Virus record (IMG/VR): IMGVR_UViG_3300031519_000014 | DNA length: 64,000 nucleotides | Source of the DNA: an uncultured virus (IMG/VR IMGVR_UViG_3300031519_000014) | Lineage: Duplodnaviria; Heunggongvirae; Uroviricota; Caudoviricetes | Reading direction: 5' to 3' (one strand) | In this document: piece after piece, positions 25,582 through 35,127 of the stretch | How positions within the stretch are numbered: position 1 is the first letter of the stretch | How the letters are laid out: every line of letters begins with the position of its first letter | Made by a program: the position numbers and the translations under genes | Notes under the pieces: generated by a model | Told to the model about the DNA's origin: nothing | What the model saw: the letters and a program-made list of their open reading frames with translations, nothing else | The model's database searches: none

Positions 25582-26601
25582 TTACACCAACTCAAGATTA
25601 AAAATTCGTTGCAATTCCCTTCTCTGTCTATTAATTAAGTCAGGAGAGTATGCTTCAATTAAACGTTTAACATCGTTTTGATTTGATACGTATAATAAAT
25701 CCTTAAGAACTGGATCCTTAATTAACTTCTTCTCGGGATCATATTCTATCTGAATAGCAGCAAGACAATTAGACGCAAGGGTTTCATAGAACCTGTATGT
25801 TGTTACGTTGTCTAGGTGTTCTTCGTCTCCGGTAATAAATGAGACTTTTACTTTATCCAATTGCGCCATTAGGTCTTCGTGCTTTAACTTCTTCATGAAT
25901 TCTCCCGGTACCTTATCAGACTTATATCCAATTTTTAGATTGTTTGTATCTGATGGGAAATACTTTCTTAATTGATTTTCTCTAAAGGATCCTCTTTTAT
26001 CTCCAAAATATACGAGATCGAATTCTTTTTCAAGTGTTTCGTCGGCAGGTGCAAATATGTCAAATTGTTCCGAGTTAGTAAATCGTTCCTTAAAGATATA
26101 AGTGAACCAATCTACCTGTTGATGGTTTTTAGGTTCGTATCCTAGAAATTGCTCTATATTCTTTCCAGCAAATAAGTACGTCGCATTCTCAATAATATTA
26201 TCCCAAAGTTCAACAGATTCATTACATATATCAAATCGTTCAGATATAGTCTTTGCGTAATTCATTGGTGGAATTCGTGGATCATTAATAAGGAAATAAA
26301 TCTTTCCTTTAAACTTTGCAAGGTTATTACAAATAGTTTCACAATGTTCTCCCATAACTCCTCCGAAGAAATTAGGCGTAGATAATTGAACGATAACTGC
26401 TCCGTATTCTGAGAAATCATTGTCGGTATAGTTATGATAGAAATCAAGATCCTTCATGTTTCTATTCTTATAACCTACACAATCAACTTGAGCTCCTTTT
26501 TCTTCCATCATTTTCTTGATGAACATTGCTTCTAGTCCTCTATGGTTCTTATCGTTATACGTAAGATTTGCAAATACTGATGTTAATGCTATTTTCTTCA
26601 T
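25582..26601 (-). CDS. DNA beta-glucosyltransferase (T4 BGT-like)
   Basis: NFFGG, IYFLINDPRIP, DLVYFGDKRGSFRE and GDEEHLDNVTTYRFYETLAS align in order with T4 BGT NFFGG, IYYLFTDIRLP, DVIYGGSFRSGQRE and GDKNYNDNFITLRVWETMAS. Confidence 0.85.
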   Translation of the reverse strand: MKKIALTSVFANLTYNDKNHRGLEAMFIKKMMEEKGAQVDCVGYKNRNMKDLDFYHNYTDNDFSEYGAVIVQLSTPNFFGGVMGEHCETICNNLAKFKGKIYFLINDPRIPPMNYAKTISERFDICNESVELWDNIIENATYLFAGKNIEQFLGYEPKNHQQVDWFTYIFKERFTNSEQFDIFAPADETLEKEFDLVYFGDKRGSFRENQLRKYFPSDTNNLKIGYKSDKVPGEFMKKLKHEDLMAQLDKVKVSFITGDEEHLDNVTTYRFYETLASNCLAAIQIEYDPEKKLIKDPVLKDLLYVSNQNDVKRLIEAYSPDLINRQRRELQRIFNLELV

Positions 26602-26617
26602 AATAATATTATACTAA

Positions 26618-26896
26618 TTACTTCTTATCTTTTTCATTTATATAATTCTCCAATCCTTGGATATATGCTAATGCGTCTAATAAGTTATCTTGTTTATGAT
26701 TGTAAGATTCTCTTGAGAATTTAAGTGAAATTAATGCTTTGAACATATCAGCGCCATCTACTTTATGACCTGTCATTCCTTGGAATATCATTGCTGCTCT
26801 ATCCATACCCTCTGAGAATGGTCCGTAATTTCTCTCTGCTTCTTCAGATCGATTATTTACGATATCATCTGCTAGTTTTAAAATTGATTTATCCAT
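26618..26896 (-). CDS. DUF6378-like nucleotide-modification-associated protein
   Basis: IL..A..IV..R...YG.F...LK.SR....K.DN..D...Y pattern. Confidence 0.75.
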   Translation of the reverse strand: MDKSILKLADDIVNNRSEEAERNYGPFSEGMDRAAMIFQGMTGHKVDGADMFKALISLKFSRESYNHKQDNLLDALAYIQGLENYINEKDKK

Positions 26897-26904
26897 AGTT
26901 ATAT

Positions 26905-26932
26905 TTTATACTAAGTTAATATACTACGTTTT
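26905..26932 (-). promoter_or_regulatory. promoter AAAAC-N16-GTATAAA
   Basis: Member of the recurring motif, directly upstream of DUF6378/BGT. Confidence 0.7.
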
Positions 26933-26943
26933 ATTGGAAAATA

Positions 26944-26970
26944 AAAAAGCGAACTAAAAAGTTCGCTTTT
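26944..26970 (-). terminator. intrinsic terminator
   Basis: AAAAAGCGAACT-AAAA-AGTTCGCTTTT. Confidence 0.8.
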
Positions 26971-26992
26971 AAATTAATTATGTGTAAAAGAA

Positions 26993-28822
26993 TTATGATC
27001 TAAGATACTGAGAAGCTAGATTAGATTCGGCAGTAACTCCTTCGTCTAATTTACCAGATTCCTTATCTTCTACTGTTTTCTGAGTTGAAGTAGTTCCGAT
27101 TGCGTCTTTCTCAGCTTTGTCTGCAACTACTTTCTTATCCTTTGGATTAGATCCGGCCTTAGCTCCTTTCTTAGCCAAATAAGCCTTAAGTCCATCATTC
27201 ATTTTTTTCTTTTCATTAACAGTAGGAGCGATTTCTCCTTTAGCTAAATCAATTGTGATATATTCTTCTTTTAGTGTAGAAACTGATTCTTCAATAGAAG
27301 TTTTTAATTTCTCTAATGAAGCTATATCAGATGCATCAACCGATCCAGAACCGATAGTCTCGTCAAGTTTAGCAATAGAACCTTCTAATTTAGCAACATT
27401 CTCTAATATTGCAGATTTAGCTGCTTCCATTTTTCTCTTTTTCTCGATAGACTCATCAATCTTAGTTGCAAATACTGAACTAATATCATACTGAAATTTA
27501 TCGTTGAAAAAATCAAACATCTGATGTTCATCAACCTTACCCCATGTTCTTTGTGCAGTGTTAGGTTTATCACAAATAATGTAATCTCCATTTAATTCAA
27601 AAACAGTTGCTTCTGAAATAAGTCTATCATTTGATATATTCTTGATGAATTCAAATGCGAAGATCTTATCTATATTTTCAAAAACATATTCTACTCTTGT
27701 TCTAACAGCTGGAGTTTCCATTGCTAAAGCTTCAGTTAAATTAATAGAATCTAATCCATCAATCTTAACGTCATTTAGGTAAATATCAAGTCCGTTAGAC
27801 TCGTTAGTGTTTAATCCAATTTTAAAGTTTCTAATCGCGTTACTTTCTACTCCTTCTCTATTTGCAGCCTGTTTAAATCCAAGTGAAGCAAAAGATTCTG
27901 CTAGTTGAAATAACTTTGGAAATTTACTGGCAACGAAATCAGGATCCATAGTAGCGATTGTAAATCCTTCGTTAATATGAACTTCACTTTCATTACCACT
28001 AAGTTTAGTAGATTCTGAAATCTTAATGAATCTATTATCTGCATAGGTTAATATTCCATTTTTAAGTTTTTGAGATGGTGCAATTAAATTAGTAATTCTA
28101 GTATCAACGTTTCCGCCTCCTAATGTAAATCCTGAATCCTTTTTAGATTCTGTAATTTTTAGGTTGTTTACTAGATTAGCAACTAGTGGTAATTGAGATT
28201 CACCGTGTCTTAAGTTAATAATATCAGAGCTGTATTTGTTTTCAGCAAGTGATTTCTTTAACGAATTAGCGATATCATCATATATTGGAGATTTAACATT
28301 TTCCATAAGTTGGATAGTGTTCAAAACCTCAAAGTCAGAAGCTTTATTCTCTAATATTGAATTTATTTGATCAACTACAGTTTTAACTGAGCTCTCATGA
28401 ACGTGCTTACTAAATTCATTTATAAAAGAAGGATATAATTGAAATTCAGAGGTGCCATTAGAAATCTGTGAAGCGAACGTATCTACTTGAGATTTAATAA
28501 TTGGATTTGAATAAGCATTTGATTCTCTAATAAGCCCTAACTTGCTAGTTAAATCTCCTACTTTACTCATTTCGTAAAGAACTGAGTCTACCGTTCTATC
28601 TTTCTTCGAAAATTGAGAAAGCATATTTTTAATTTTATTATTGTTTAAGTGTTCATTGACCCCATTAAGAGATTCTTTTAGTTGAACATATATGTTATCA
28701 TAGCTTTCATTACTTATAATCGATTTAGTTGTCGATTCGATAACTAACTTTATTAGAGTGTTCTCGTTTAGTTTAGAATCATTCTTTAATTCAAGTAATA
28801 CGCCGTTTACGAAATCCTTCAT
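26993..28822 (-). CDS. putative prohead core / internal head protein
   Basis: Coiled coils; many (L/I/V)xE sites (LNE, IRES, ITES, IDES, VNE); late box at 28844. Confidence 0.6.
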   Translation of the reverse strand: MKDFVNGVLLELKNDSKLNENTLIKLVIESTTKSIISNESYDNIYVQLKESLNGVNEHLNNNKIKNMLSQFSKKDRTVDSVLYEMSKVGDLTSKLGLIRESNAYSNPIIKSQVDTFASQISNGTSEFQLYPSFINEFSKHVHESSVKTVVDQINSILENKASDFEVLNTIQLMENVKSPIYDDIANSLKKSLAENKYSSDIINLRHGESQLPLVANLVNNLKITESKKDSGFTLGGGNVDTRITNLIAPSQKLKNGILTYADNRFIKISESTKLSGNESEVHINEGFTIATMDPDFVASKFPKLFQLAESFASLGFKQAANREGVESNAIRNFKIGLNTNESNGLDIYLNDVKIDGLDSINLTEALAMETPAVRTRVEYVFENIDKIFAFEFIKNISNDRLISEATVFELNGDYIICDKPNTAQRTWGKVDEHQMFDFFNDKFQYDISSVFATKIDESIEKKRKMEAAKSAILENVAKLEGSIAKLDETIGSGSVDASDIASLEKLKTSIEESVSTLKEEYITIDLAKGEIAPTVNEKKKMNDGLKAYLAKKGAKAGSNPKDKKVVADKAEKDAIGTTSTQKTVEDKESGKLDEGVTAESNLASQYLRS

Positions 28823-28850
28823 TTCAGTGCAAATTATTTTTTATTATTTA

Positions 28851-30881
28851 TCAGTTCCTTTTTATCTTTTTAGCTAAATTAGAGAAGACCGTCGGATTCT
28901 TAGATTTCTTACCTGCATTCGATACGCTAGTTTTAATTTTCTTAGGACTAGGCATTCCAATTCTATTTACAACAGAAGGCGAGGCCTTCTTCTTAATTAC
29001 AGAATTTCTAGATAAATTGAATTTCTTTTTGTCAGCATCTAATGATAATTTAGCAATTTTAGCTTCGAGGGCAGAGATTGCAGCATCTCTATTTTCTCTT
29101 TCATCACCTTCAATCGTAGCTGCTTCAACTGCCGCATCAACATCTGCCTGTTGTGCAGGCTTTCTCCATTCTCCAGTGTACATTAACGTTTCATCTCCTA
29201 ATTGAGAAACTGAAGTTATGTATACTGTTCTATTTGATGACGACATTATATTTTCACTATCATTCTTATTAACGTTGAATAACAACTCTCCCGTTGAATA
29301 GTTTTCAAGCTTATCACTATTTGAACTATCTACCTTTACTTTGCCTCCGTCTAATTCAAATACTAATCTAAATTTAGCTTTATTTAGGTTAAGATCTAGC
29401 GGTATTGCTTTCTTACCTACGATGTTAAACATTTTAAGTTTTATCGCATTATCAAATGGCGACATTATGAATCTAAGATCTCCGGGTCCAAATATTACTT
29501 CATCTGCTTGATCCTTAAGTTTAACACTTCCACTTCCATTTGAAATTGATATATTATTATTACTGAAGAATACAGGAACGTATTCAACTGAACTAACTGT
29601 AGTTTTTTTAGATTCTACTTCTCCTTCAAACCCTGGAGCAAAGGTAGGCTCAATGAATAAATTAGTTGCTTCGAAGTTCTTTTTAATTATCTTATTGTAT
29701 ACCACTTGAGATTGAGGCTCATCTGACAGTGGAATAGTTGTTAATTTTTTTCCGTATTTCTTTGGAGATAACAAGTTGAACGATGCTTCTCTAATTATTT
29801 GTTCTCCGTTTAGTCTATTAGTTAGTCGGCTTAAAAGATCAATCGACATACTAACGGCGGTACCTGCATTCTTAAGAATTGGTCTAAATACTAACGGTTC
29901 ATCCCAGTTATCTTCTTGAAATATAATTTGCCTAGTTGTATTAACGAATGAGCTTCCGATTTGTTCAAATATACTAAGTTGGTGGATAATTATCCAATCA
30001 TTGCTTGGATTTCGTTTATTAAGTATTGATATTAATTCTTCAGGAAATCCTGCGTTATATGTTAAGTAATATTCTATAAAATCTCCATCTGTTGCTTCGT
30101 TGATATACGTGCCAACTGTATCAAATTCGTTAGTTTGAGATACTGAAGCTTCATGATTATCTGAAATAGTAAATACATCGTATTTAACGTTAACATTAGT
30201 TGATAGTTTTTCTCGCGTGGCACATTCAGATAAATTAATATATATAGGAGAGTTGGTTATAAATCCAGTAGATCCTCCAGTTCCGTTCGGAGTAATGTTG
30301 GCAGCAAACGTTGTAGATTGATTTAATGCAGTATTATACTCTTCATTAATATTCTTAATTGATGGAACCTTGATATCTACGTATCTATCATATAGTGAAT
30401 CGGATAAGAATAAAGGTTTAGAATTAAATGTAATTAGCTCGGCAATAGTTTCAGGAGCAAGTAGTATGTTTGCGAATAAGAAATTCTCACCGTTGTTTTG
30501 TTTTTGTCTAATACTCAAAAGTATTGCTTCAAATCCTTCAAAATCAAATCCCGCAATAAAGTGAAATCTTACTTGATCATATACTACATTATATCCGTTA
30601 ATAGGAGTCTCGGTTATTGCATCATCAAAATCAATATAATTTGGAATCTTTTCAGAATCAATATATGCTACCTTATTATTTCCAATAGGGACTACTGTTA
30701 GATCCTTAATGTTTTTAGTAGACGAGTATGAACTGTCTGTATTAAATATCTGAGCAGTTTCTGCGGTTGTATTTGATAGTAAAACCACGTCTTCACTTAG
30801 GAAATTGCTTGAACCTAATGGTTCGAACATATATTCAACTAAACAATATTGAGTTAAACTTATAAATCTACTTTGTGTCAT
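28851..30881 (-). CDS. putative virion structural protein
   Basis: Long beta-rich ORF in a late cluster. Confidence 0.65.
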   Translation of the reverse strand: MTQSRFISLTQYCLVEYMFEPLGSSNFLSEDVVLLSNTTAETAQIFNTDSSYSSTKNIKDLTVVPIGNNKVAYIDSEKIPNYIDFDDAITETPINGYNVVYDQVRFHFIAGFDFEGFEAILLSIRQKQNNGENFLFANILLAPETIAELITFNSKPLFLSDSLYDRYVDIKVPSIKNINEEYNTALNQSTTFAANITPNGTGGSTGFITNSPIYINLSECATREKLSTNVNVKYDVFTISDNHEASVSQTNEFDTVGTYINEATDGDFIEYYLTYNAGFPEELISILNKRNPSNDWIIIHQLSIFEQIGSSFVNTTRQIIFQEDNWDEPLVFRPILKNAGTAVSMSIDLLSRLTNRLNGEQIIREASFNLLSPKKYGKKLTTIPLSDEPQSQVVYNKIIKKNFEATNLFIEPTFAPGFEGEVESKKTTVSSVEYVPVFFSNNNISISNGSGSVKLKDQADEVIFGPGDLRFIMSPFDNAIKLKMFNIVGKKAIPLDLNLNKAKFRLVFELDGGKVKVDSSNSDKLENYSTGELLFNVNKNDSENIMSSSNRTVYITSVSQLGDETLMYTGEWRKPAQQADVDAAVEAATIEGDERENRDAAISALEAKIAKLSLDADKKKFNLSRNSVIKKKASPSVVNRIGMPSPKKIKTSVSNAGKKSKNPTVFSNLAKKIKRN

Positions 30882-30896
30882 TATGTTTTATACTTT

Positions 30897-31676
30897 TTAT
30901 AACCCGAAAGGGCTGAATAATTTTTTGATAGGCTTATTTAAATTATAAGTTACATTGAATCCTACGGTAACTCCATAACTTACAGTTCCTCCTCCAAACA
31001 CAATACCATATCCTATTGATGGGCCTATTACAACTGCACTTTCATTTGATTGAACCATTTTCTTATCTATAATTGCTCCTTGTATATCAGTTGCGATAAA
31101 TCCTGGATAATCCGATGTTATGAATATTTCGTAATTATCTTTACCTTCCTTAAGTCCAGTTGTTAACTTTAACCCAAATGTATTTGTATTGATACTTGTG
31201 AGTGCGTTAGATACAGTTCCATTATCAAAATCAAACACGGTGGTCCCTGCCATTTTCTGATAATTACCTACACTGAACGTTGAATCATATTCCCAATCTA
31301 ATTTAAAAGTATTAGAATCTATTTTAGTAACAAATGTTTCAACCTCAATTGTATCGTGTACTATTCTAGTCTTAATTAAATAAACAATTTTAGGGTTGTC
31401 CTTAAGGTACTTTACTTCATCATATAGTTCTTTATTAATATCCTTTAATTCCTTCTTAGATGCAATCAAGGCGCTCTTCTCGTGAACTAGAGATCCGTTC
31501 TTCTTCTCATATGTAGTTACACTGTCTAATAATGCAGCCTGATTCATGTTAATAATCGCAACTTCGCTACCTAAGTTAGATGTACTATTACATTGTCGTA
31601 ATAATAGAATGACAACTACTATGATCACAATCATTAGGATTGTGTTTAGATTGATCTGCTTTAGTTTTTCTAACAA
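30897..31676 (-). CDS. N-terminal TM, coiled-coil protein (spanin-like)
   Basis: TM ending LLRQC, coiled coil, C-terminal IGPSIGYG...VGFNVTYNL beta hairpin. Confidence 0.55.
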   Translation of the reverse strand: MLEKLKQINLNTILMIVIIVVVILLLRQCNSTSNLGSEVAIINMNQAALLDSVTTYEKKNGSLVHEKSALIASKKELKDINKELYDEVKYLKDNPKIVYLIKTRIVHDTIEVETFVTKIDSNTFKLDWEYDSTFSVGNYQKMAGTTVFDFDNGTVSNALTSINTNTFGLKLTTGLKEGKDNYEIFITSDYPGFIATDIQGAIIDKKMVQSNESAVVIGPSIGYGIVFGGGTVSYGVTVGFNVTYNLNKPIKKLFSPFGL

Positions 31677-31916
31677 TTATGAGTTTATTATTTTCTTTAG
31701 AAAGTCGTGGGTTAACTTTTCACCTGTCTCGCTCTCTATTTTATTTATTAGGGATATCTCAGATTCTCTTAAATATTTAAGTTCATCACTTACTTGGTTT
31801 TTCTTGTTTATTATATTTTCCATTTCAACTTCAAGAAAATTTATTTTATCATATACCTCTCCGTATGATTCTGTTATACTCTTTAATTTATTCTTATCTT
31901 CTGTTGTAATATTCAT
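31677..31916 (-). CDS. coiled-coil hypothetical protein
   Basis: Packed operon. Confidence 0.7.
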   Translation of the reverse strand: MNITTEDKNKLKSITESYGEVYDKINFLEVEMENIINKKNQVSDELKYLRESEISLINKIESETGEKLTHDFLKKIINS

Positions 31917-31917
31917 A

Positions 31918-33822
31918 TTAATCTATAATTTTAACATCGAGTGGACCAGCTAGCGCATTTTCTATCTTTCTAAGTCTAGCAACTACTTCCGACATGTCTA
32001 TATTAGTTGGCGATACCTGAGTTGACGTGTTTGATGTATCAGTATTAGATACCGAAGACGGTGCTTCAGGTTTAGATTCCACAGGGGTATCTGCTTTAAT
32101 AGGTTCAACTTCTGTTAATTTAACATCATCTTCTTCAGGTGAATCTGGGGTATTAATAGGAGCTATTTTTTTATCTATTCCTAATTTAGATTTTGTAACC
32201 TCAATTGCATTTCCTATTTTATCCTTAATCTTATTTTTTGCTCCTTCTAGAAACTTAGGTGATTTATCTACGTTTAGCGATGATTTAATTGATTCTGAAC
32301 TTTCGTCAATTTCATTTATTACACTATTATCACTTTCATTTACTACAGATCCATCCACATTGTTAATACTAGATTCTGAACTTTCGTCAATTTCATTTAT
32401 TACACTATTATCTTCTTCACTGATTGAAGTTGATTTCGCGTTCCCCTTTCTTAAAAAATTCAAAGTTGCACTTATATCGTCTTGTGTAAATGAGCTTCCT
32501 GCTATATTATTTGCGATATTTACATTTTTATCTTGAAGTGTGTCATTTATTCCAGTAACAGGAGGAATGTCATCACTAGTCGCAGCATTAGGTCCAGCGA
32601 GGTAATCTCTATCTCCTATTTCATTAATTACAGAATTAGAAGATTCAACTGTTTCATTTATTACGGTACTATCTCCTTCTATATTTTGAGCGAGGTCAGT
32701 AGATGTAGGTTCTTCATTAATAACCTCTCCACTTTCATCATTGATAGTACCTGCGGTATATTCAGCTTCGGTAGTATCTAATTTTTCCTGTGCAACCTCA
32801 TTTTGATTTGTAATATTACTTACTTCATTTATTGAATTCTCTACAATATCATTAAATACATCTCCTTGTTTTGCTACATCTGTATATTCATTTATATTAA
32901 TAGCACCGTCGCTATTAGTATCAAAAGTAGATTTATCTGCAGGTTCATTAATTGGAGCTGGCGGAACTACTTCAGTAAAATTATCAGATTGTTCACTTAC
33001 ATCTGCTGGAACTACTGTGCCGTCAGATTTAGGAGTTTCTTCTTTTTCAAGTGCAGGAGTGGCCGATTCAACGCTAGATGTTTCAGTTTCAATGTCTACT
33101 GTGCCGTCTCCTTCATTTATTGGTCCATCTTCAGATCCGTCTTGTGATTCTGTTTCTTCTACTTCATTAATTGGAGCTGCTTCCTCGTTAATTGGAGCAG
33201 TATCTGTATCGTTGATTGGAGCAGTTTCCTCTTCAACTTTCCCATTTGGCCCAGCTTCAGTTAATGCTGCTATGAATTCAGAAGAATTAACTACTTGACG
33301 TGGAGCTTCATTGTAAATATCATCACGGTTCATACCACTCGAACCAAGTATACCTTGAAGCTCAGTTGGAAATTTTAGAAATTGTTTCCAGTTTTTATCA
33401 TTTTCACCTGTAAACAATCCCCTAATTCTATTAAGAAGATATTCAGAACCCTTTGTTTTTTTATCCTTTTCACTAGCGACGCTATTTTCTGCACTCGCTA
33501 CATCTTCAATTGAGTCACTTAACCTTATTAGCCGTTTTAATTTTTTATCAAGGTCATCATCGAATCCTATTAAGTCCTGATATTCAGGACTATCTTTTTG
33601 GTTTAACGATGTTACTCCAACTGCTCCACCTCCTGCAGGAAACACAGCAGTAAAGTTTTTCTCTTCTGAAAGCATTGTGAATTCAGCCAATAGGAACGGA
33701 TATAGTTCTTCCCACTCGGCAAGTTCAGCTTGCTTTTTAATAAGATGGTCCTGGGCCCTAGCAATATACTTATCTGCTTTCTCATTAAACTTTGAATCGT
33801 ATGCACTTAATATTTCACTCAC
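31918..33822 (-). CDS. acidic low-complexity protein with 11 INE motifs (tail/baseplate cluster)
   Basis: Late box at 33840; follows the gp26/gp51-like pair. Confidence 0.75.
   Translation of the reverse strand: MSEILSAYDSKFNEKADKYIARAQDHLIKKQAELAEWEELYPFLLAEFTMLSEEKNFTAVFPAGGGAVGVTSLNQKDSPEYQDLIGFDDDLDKKLKRLIRLSDSIEDVASAENSVASEKDKKTKGSEYLLNRIRGLFTGENDKNWKQFLKFPTELQGILGSSGMNRDDIYNEAPRQVVNSSEFIAALTEAGPNGKVEEETAPINDTDTAPINEEAAPINEVEETESQDGSEDGPINEGDGTVDIETETSSVESATPALEKEETPKSDGTVVPADVSEQSDNFTEVVPPAPINEPADKSTFDTNSDGAININEYTDVAKQGDVFNDIVENSINEVSNITNQNEVAQEKLDTTEAEYTAGTINDESGEVINEEPTSTDLAQNIEGDSTVINETVESSNSVINEIGDRDYLAGPNAATSDDIPPVTGINDTLQDKNVNIANNIAGSSFTQDDISATLNFLRKGNAKSTSISEEDNSVINEIDESSESSINNVDGSVVNESDNSVINEIDESSESIKSSLNVDKSPKFLEGAKNKIKDKIGNAIEVTKSKLGIDKKIAPINTPDSPEEDDVKLTEVEPIKADTPVESKPEAPSSVSNTDTSNTSTQVSPTNIDMSEVVARLRKIENALAGPLDVKIID
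32291..32412. repeat. 41-bp perfect direct repeat, 81-bp period
   Basis: 32291-32331 and 32372-32412, encoding DNSVINEIDESSES twice. Confidence 0.9.
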
Positions 33823-33846
33823 GTAACTGAATCTTTTTATTATTTA

Positions 33847-34059
33847 TTAGATTTTTAAGTGAGAAGGTAGATTTACAGACGGGCTGGTAACAGTATCTGG
33901 TATTTGATCTATATCAGTCATCCCATTGTTCGCCTCTTCAATATCCTTATTAATAATATTAAGAAGTAATGAGTATTCTAGGTATTCTAAATTGTAAAGT
34001 GTATCGAAGCTTTGGTTAAGCTTCACCGCTAATCGAGCATTAAGCTCAAATAAGTTCAT
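33847..34059 (-). CDS. baseplate hub assembly protein, T4 gp51-like (likely start MNLFEL, or frameshift extension)
   Basis: Short helical ORF overlapping the end of the gp26-like gene. Confidence 0.5.
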   Translation of the reverse strand: MNLFELNARLAVKLNQSFDTLYNLEYLEYSLLLNIINKDIEEANNGMTDIDQIPDTVTSPSVNLPSHLKI

Positions 34060-35044
34060 CAAGTCCAGCTGAAATAATGAAAATATCTTTGACAGTGAAG
34101 CTTCCTCCCAAAAAAATTGAGCTCTCCAGTCTTGTCTTACATTTTTCACATACTCCAGTTGCACGGTTTACGGATGCGGCCTTTAGCGCTTCTGTTATTT
34201 TATACAGAATTGCGAATTTTCTATCTCCCCATCCCATTGATTCCATTTTAAAATGTGCAAATGATTCATTTCTGATTCCTCTCCAATCTGTAACTAGATA
34301 CGGGTATGTATCGTAGAATGATTTATCAACATCAGATCCACTATTTAGCTCAGCTTTCTTTTTCTGTCTAAATTTATTTGTAATACCTGAAGATGGTAGA
34401 TATAATTTAAGAGTTTCTCCTAATTTCTCAGAATTAATAACGAAACACTTTTCATCAGGATGATAGTACTTCTGTAATTCGTCAGGTATATCAAATCCTA
34501 ATAAATTCTGACTTGTTACTTTAATTCTATTAACATGCTTACATTTAGAGTTATCACATCTAAGGTTTGCCATTAATTTATTCTCCTGATTTGGAAAAGT
34601 AAGTTCATATATTCTAAATAGAATATGATACTTATCAACCTCAGAATAATCATTGAAATTTAAAGGTGTCGGATTTCCTCTTACTTTAAATTTAGTGCAT
34701 GCATTTAAAACGAAGTTGATTTTTTCTCTAACATCAATTGGATCATGTTCATCCATGGTAGACCAATGTCTAATTTCCTTAGTCTTAGCTGATCTAATTA
34801 ATAATTCGACTCCTTCAGGATAAAACATTCCATTTGATGGAAGTACATCTAAATTAAGTAATTTCCAAGGCGATTCCTCAGCAGCAGACATATTTACCTG
34901 CTCATAGCTCCTAGCTTTTCCTAAGCTCTTAATAGGTTCCTCCTTTTCTACAACAACTTCACTGCTTATGTTGACACCATGTTCTGCGTCCATTGCATCC
35001 AGTTTAGTTATTTGATCTTCTTCTTCTTGTGATTCATCGCTCAT
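34046..35044 (-). CDS. baseplate hub subunit / tail assembly chaperone, T4 gp26-like
   Basis: LPSNGMFYP, IRSAKTKE, D..HILFRI, CxxxxC and CxxC motifs. Confidence 0.65.
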   Translation of the reverse strand: MSDESQEEEDQITKLDAMDAEHGVNISSEVVVEKEEPIKSLGKARSYEQVNMSAAEESPWKLLNLDVLPSNGMFYPEGVELLIRSAKTKEIRHWSTMDEHDPIDVREKINFVLNACTKFKVRGNPTPLNFNDYSEVDKYHILFRIYELTFPNQENKLMANLRCDNSKCKHVNRIKVTSQNLLGFDIPDELQKYYHPDEKCFVINSEKLGETLKLYLPSSGITNKFRQKKKAELNSGSDVDKSFYDTYPYLVTDWRGIRNESFAHFKMESMGWGDRKFAILYKITEALKAASVNRATGVCEKCKTRLESSIFLGGSFTVKDIFIISAGLDELI

Positions 35045-35127
35045 AAATAAACGTTATTTTATATCTTATATAAAGAATGATGCCTCTAGTTTTAAAACTG
35101 AGGCATTCTATTAATATTATTTATTGA

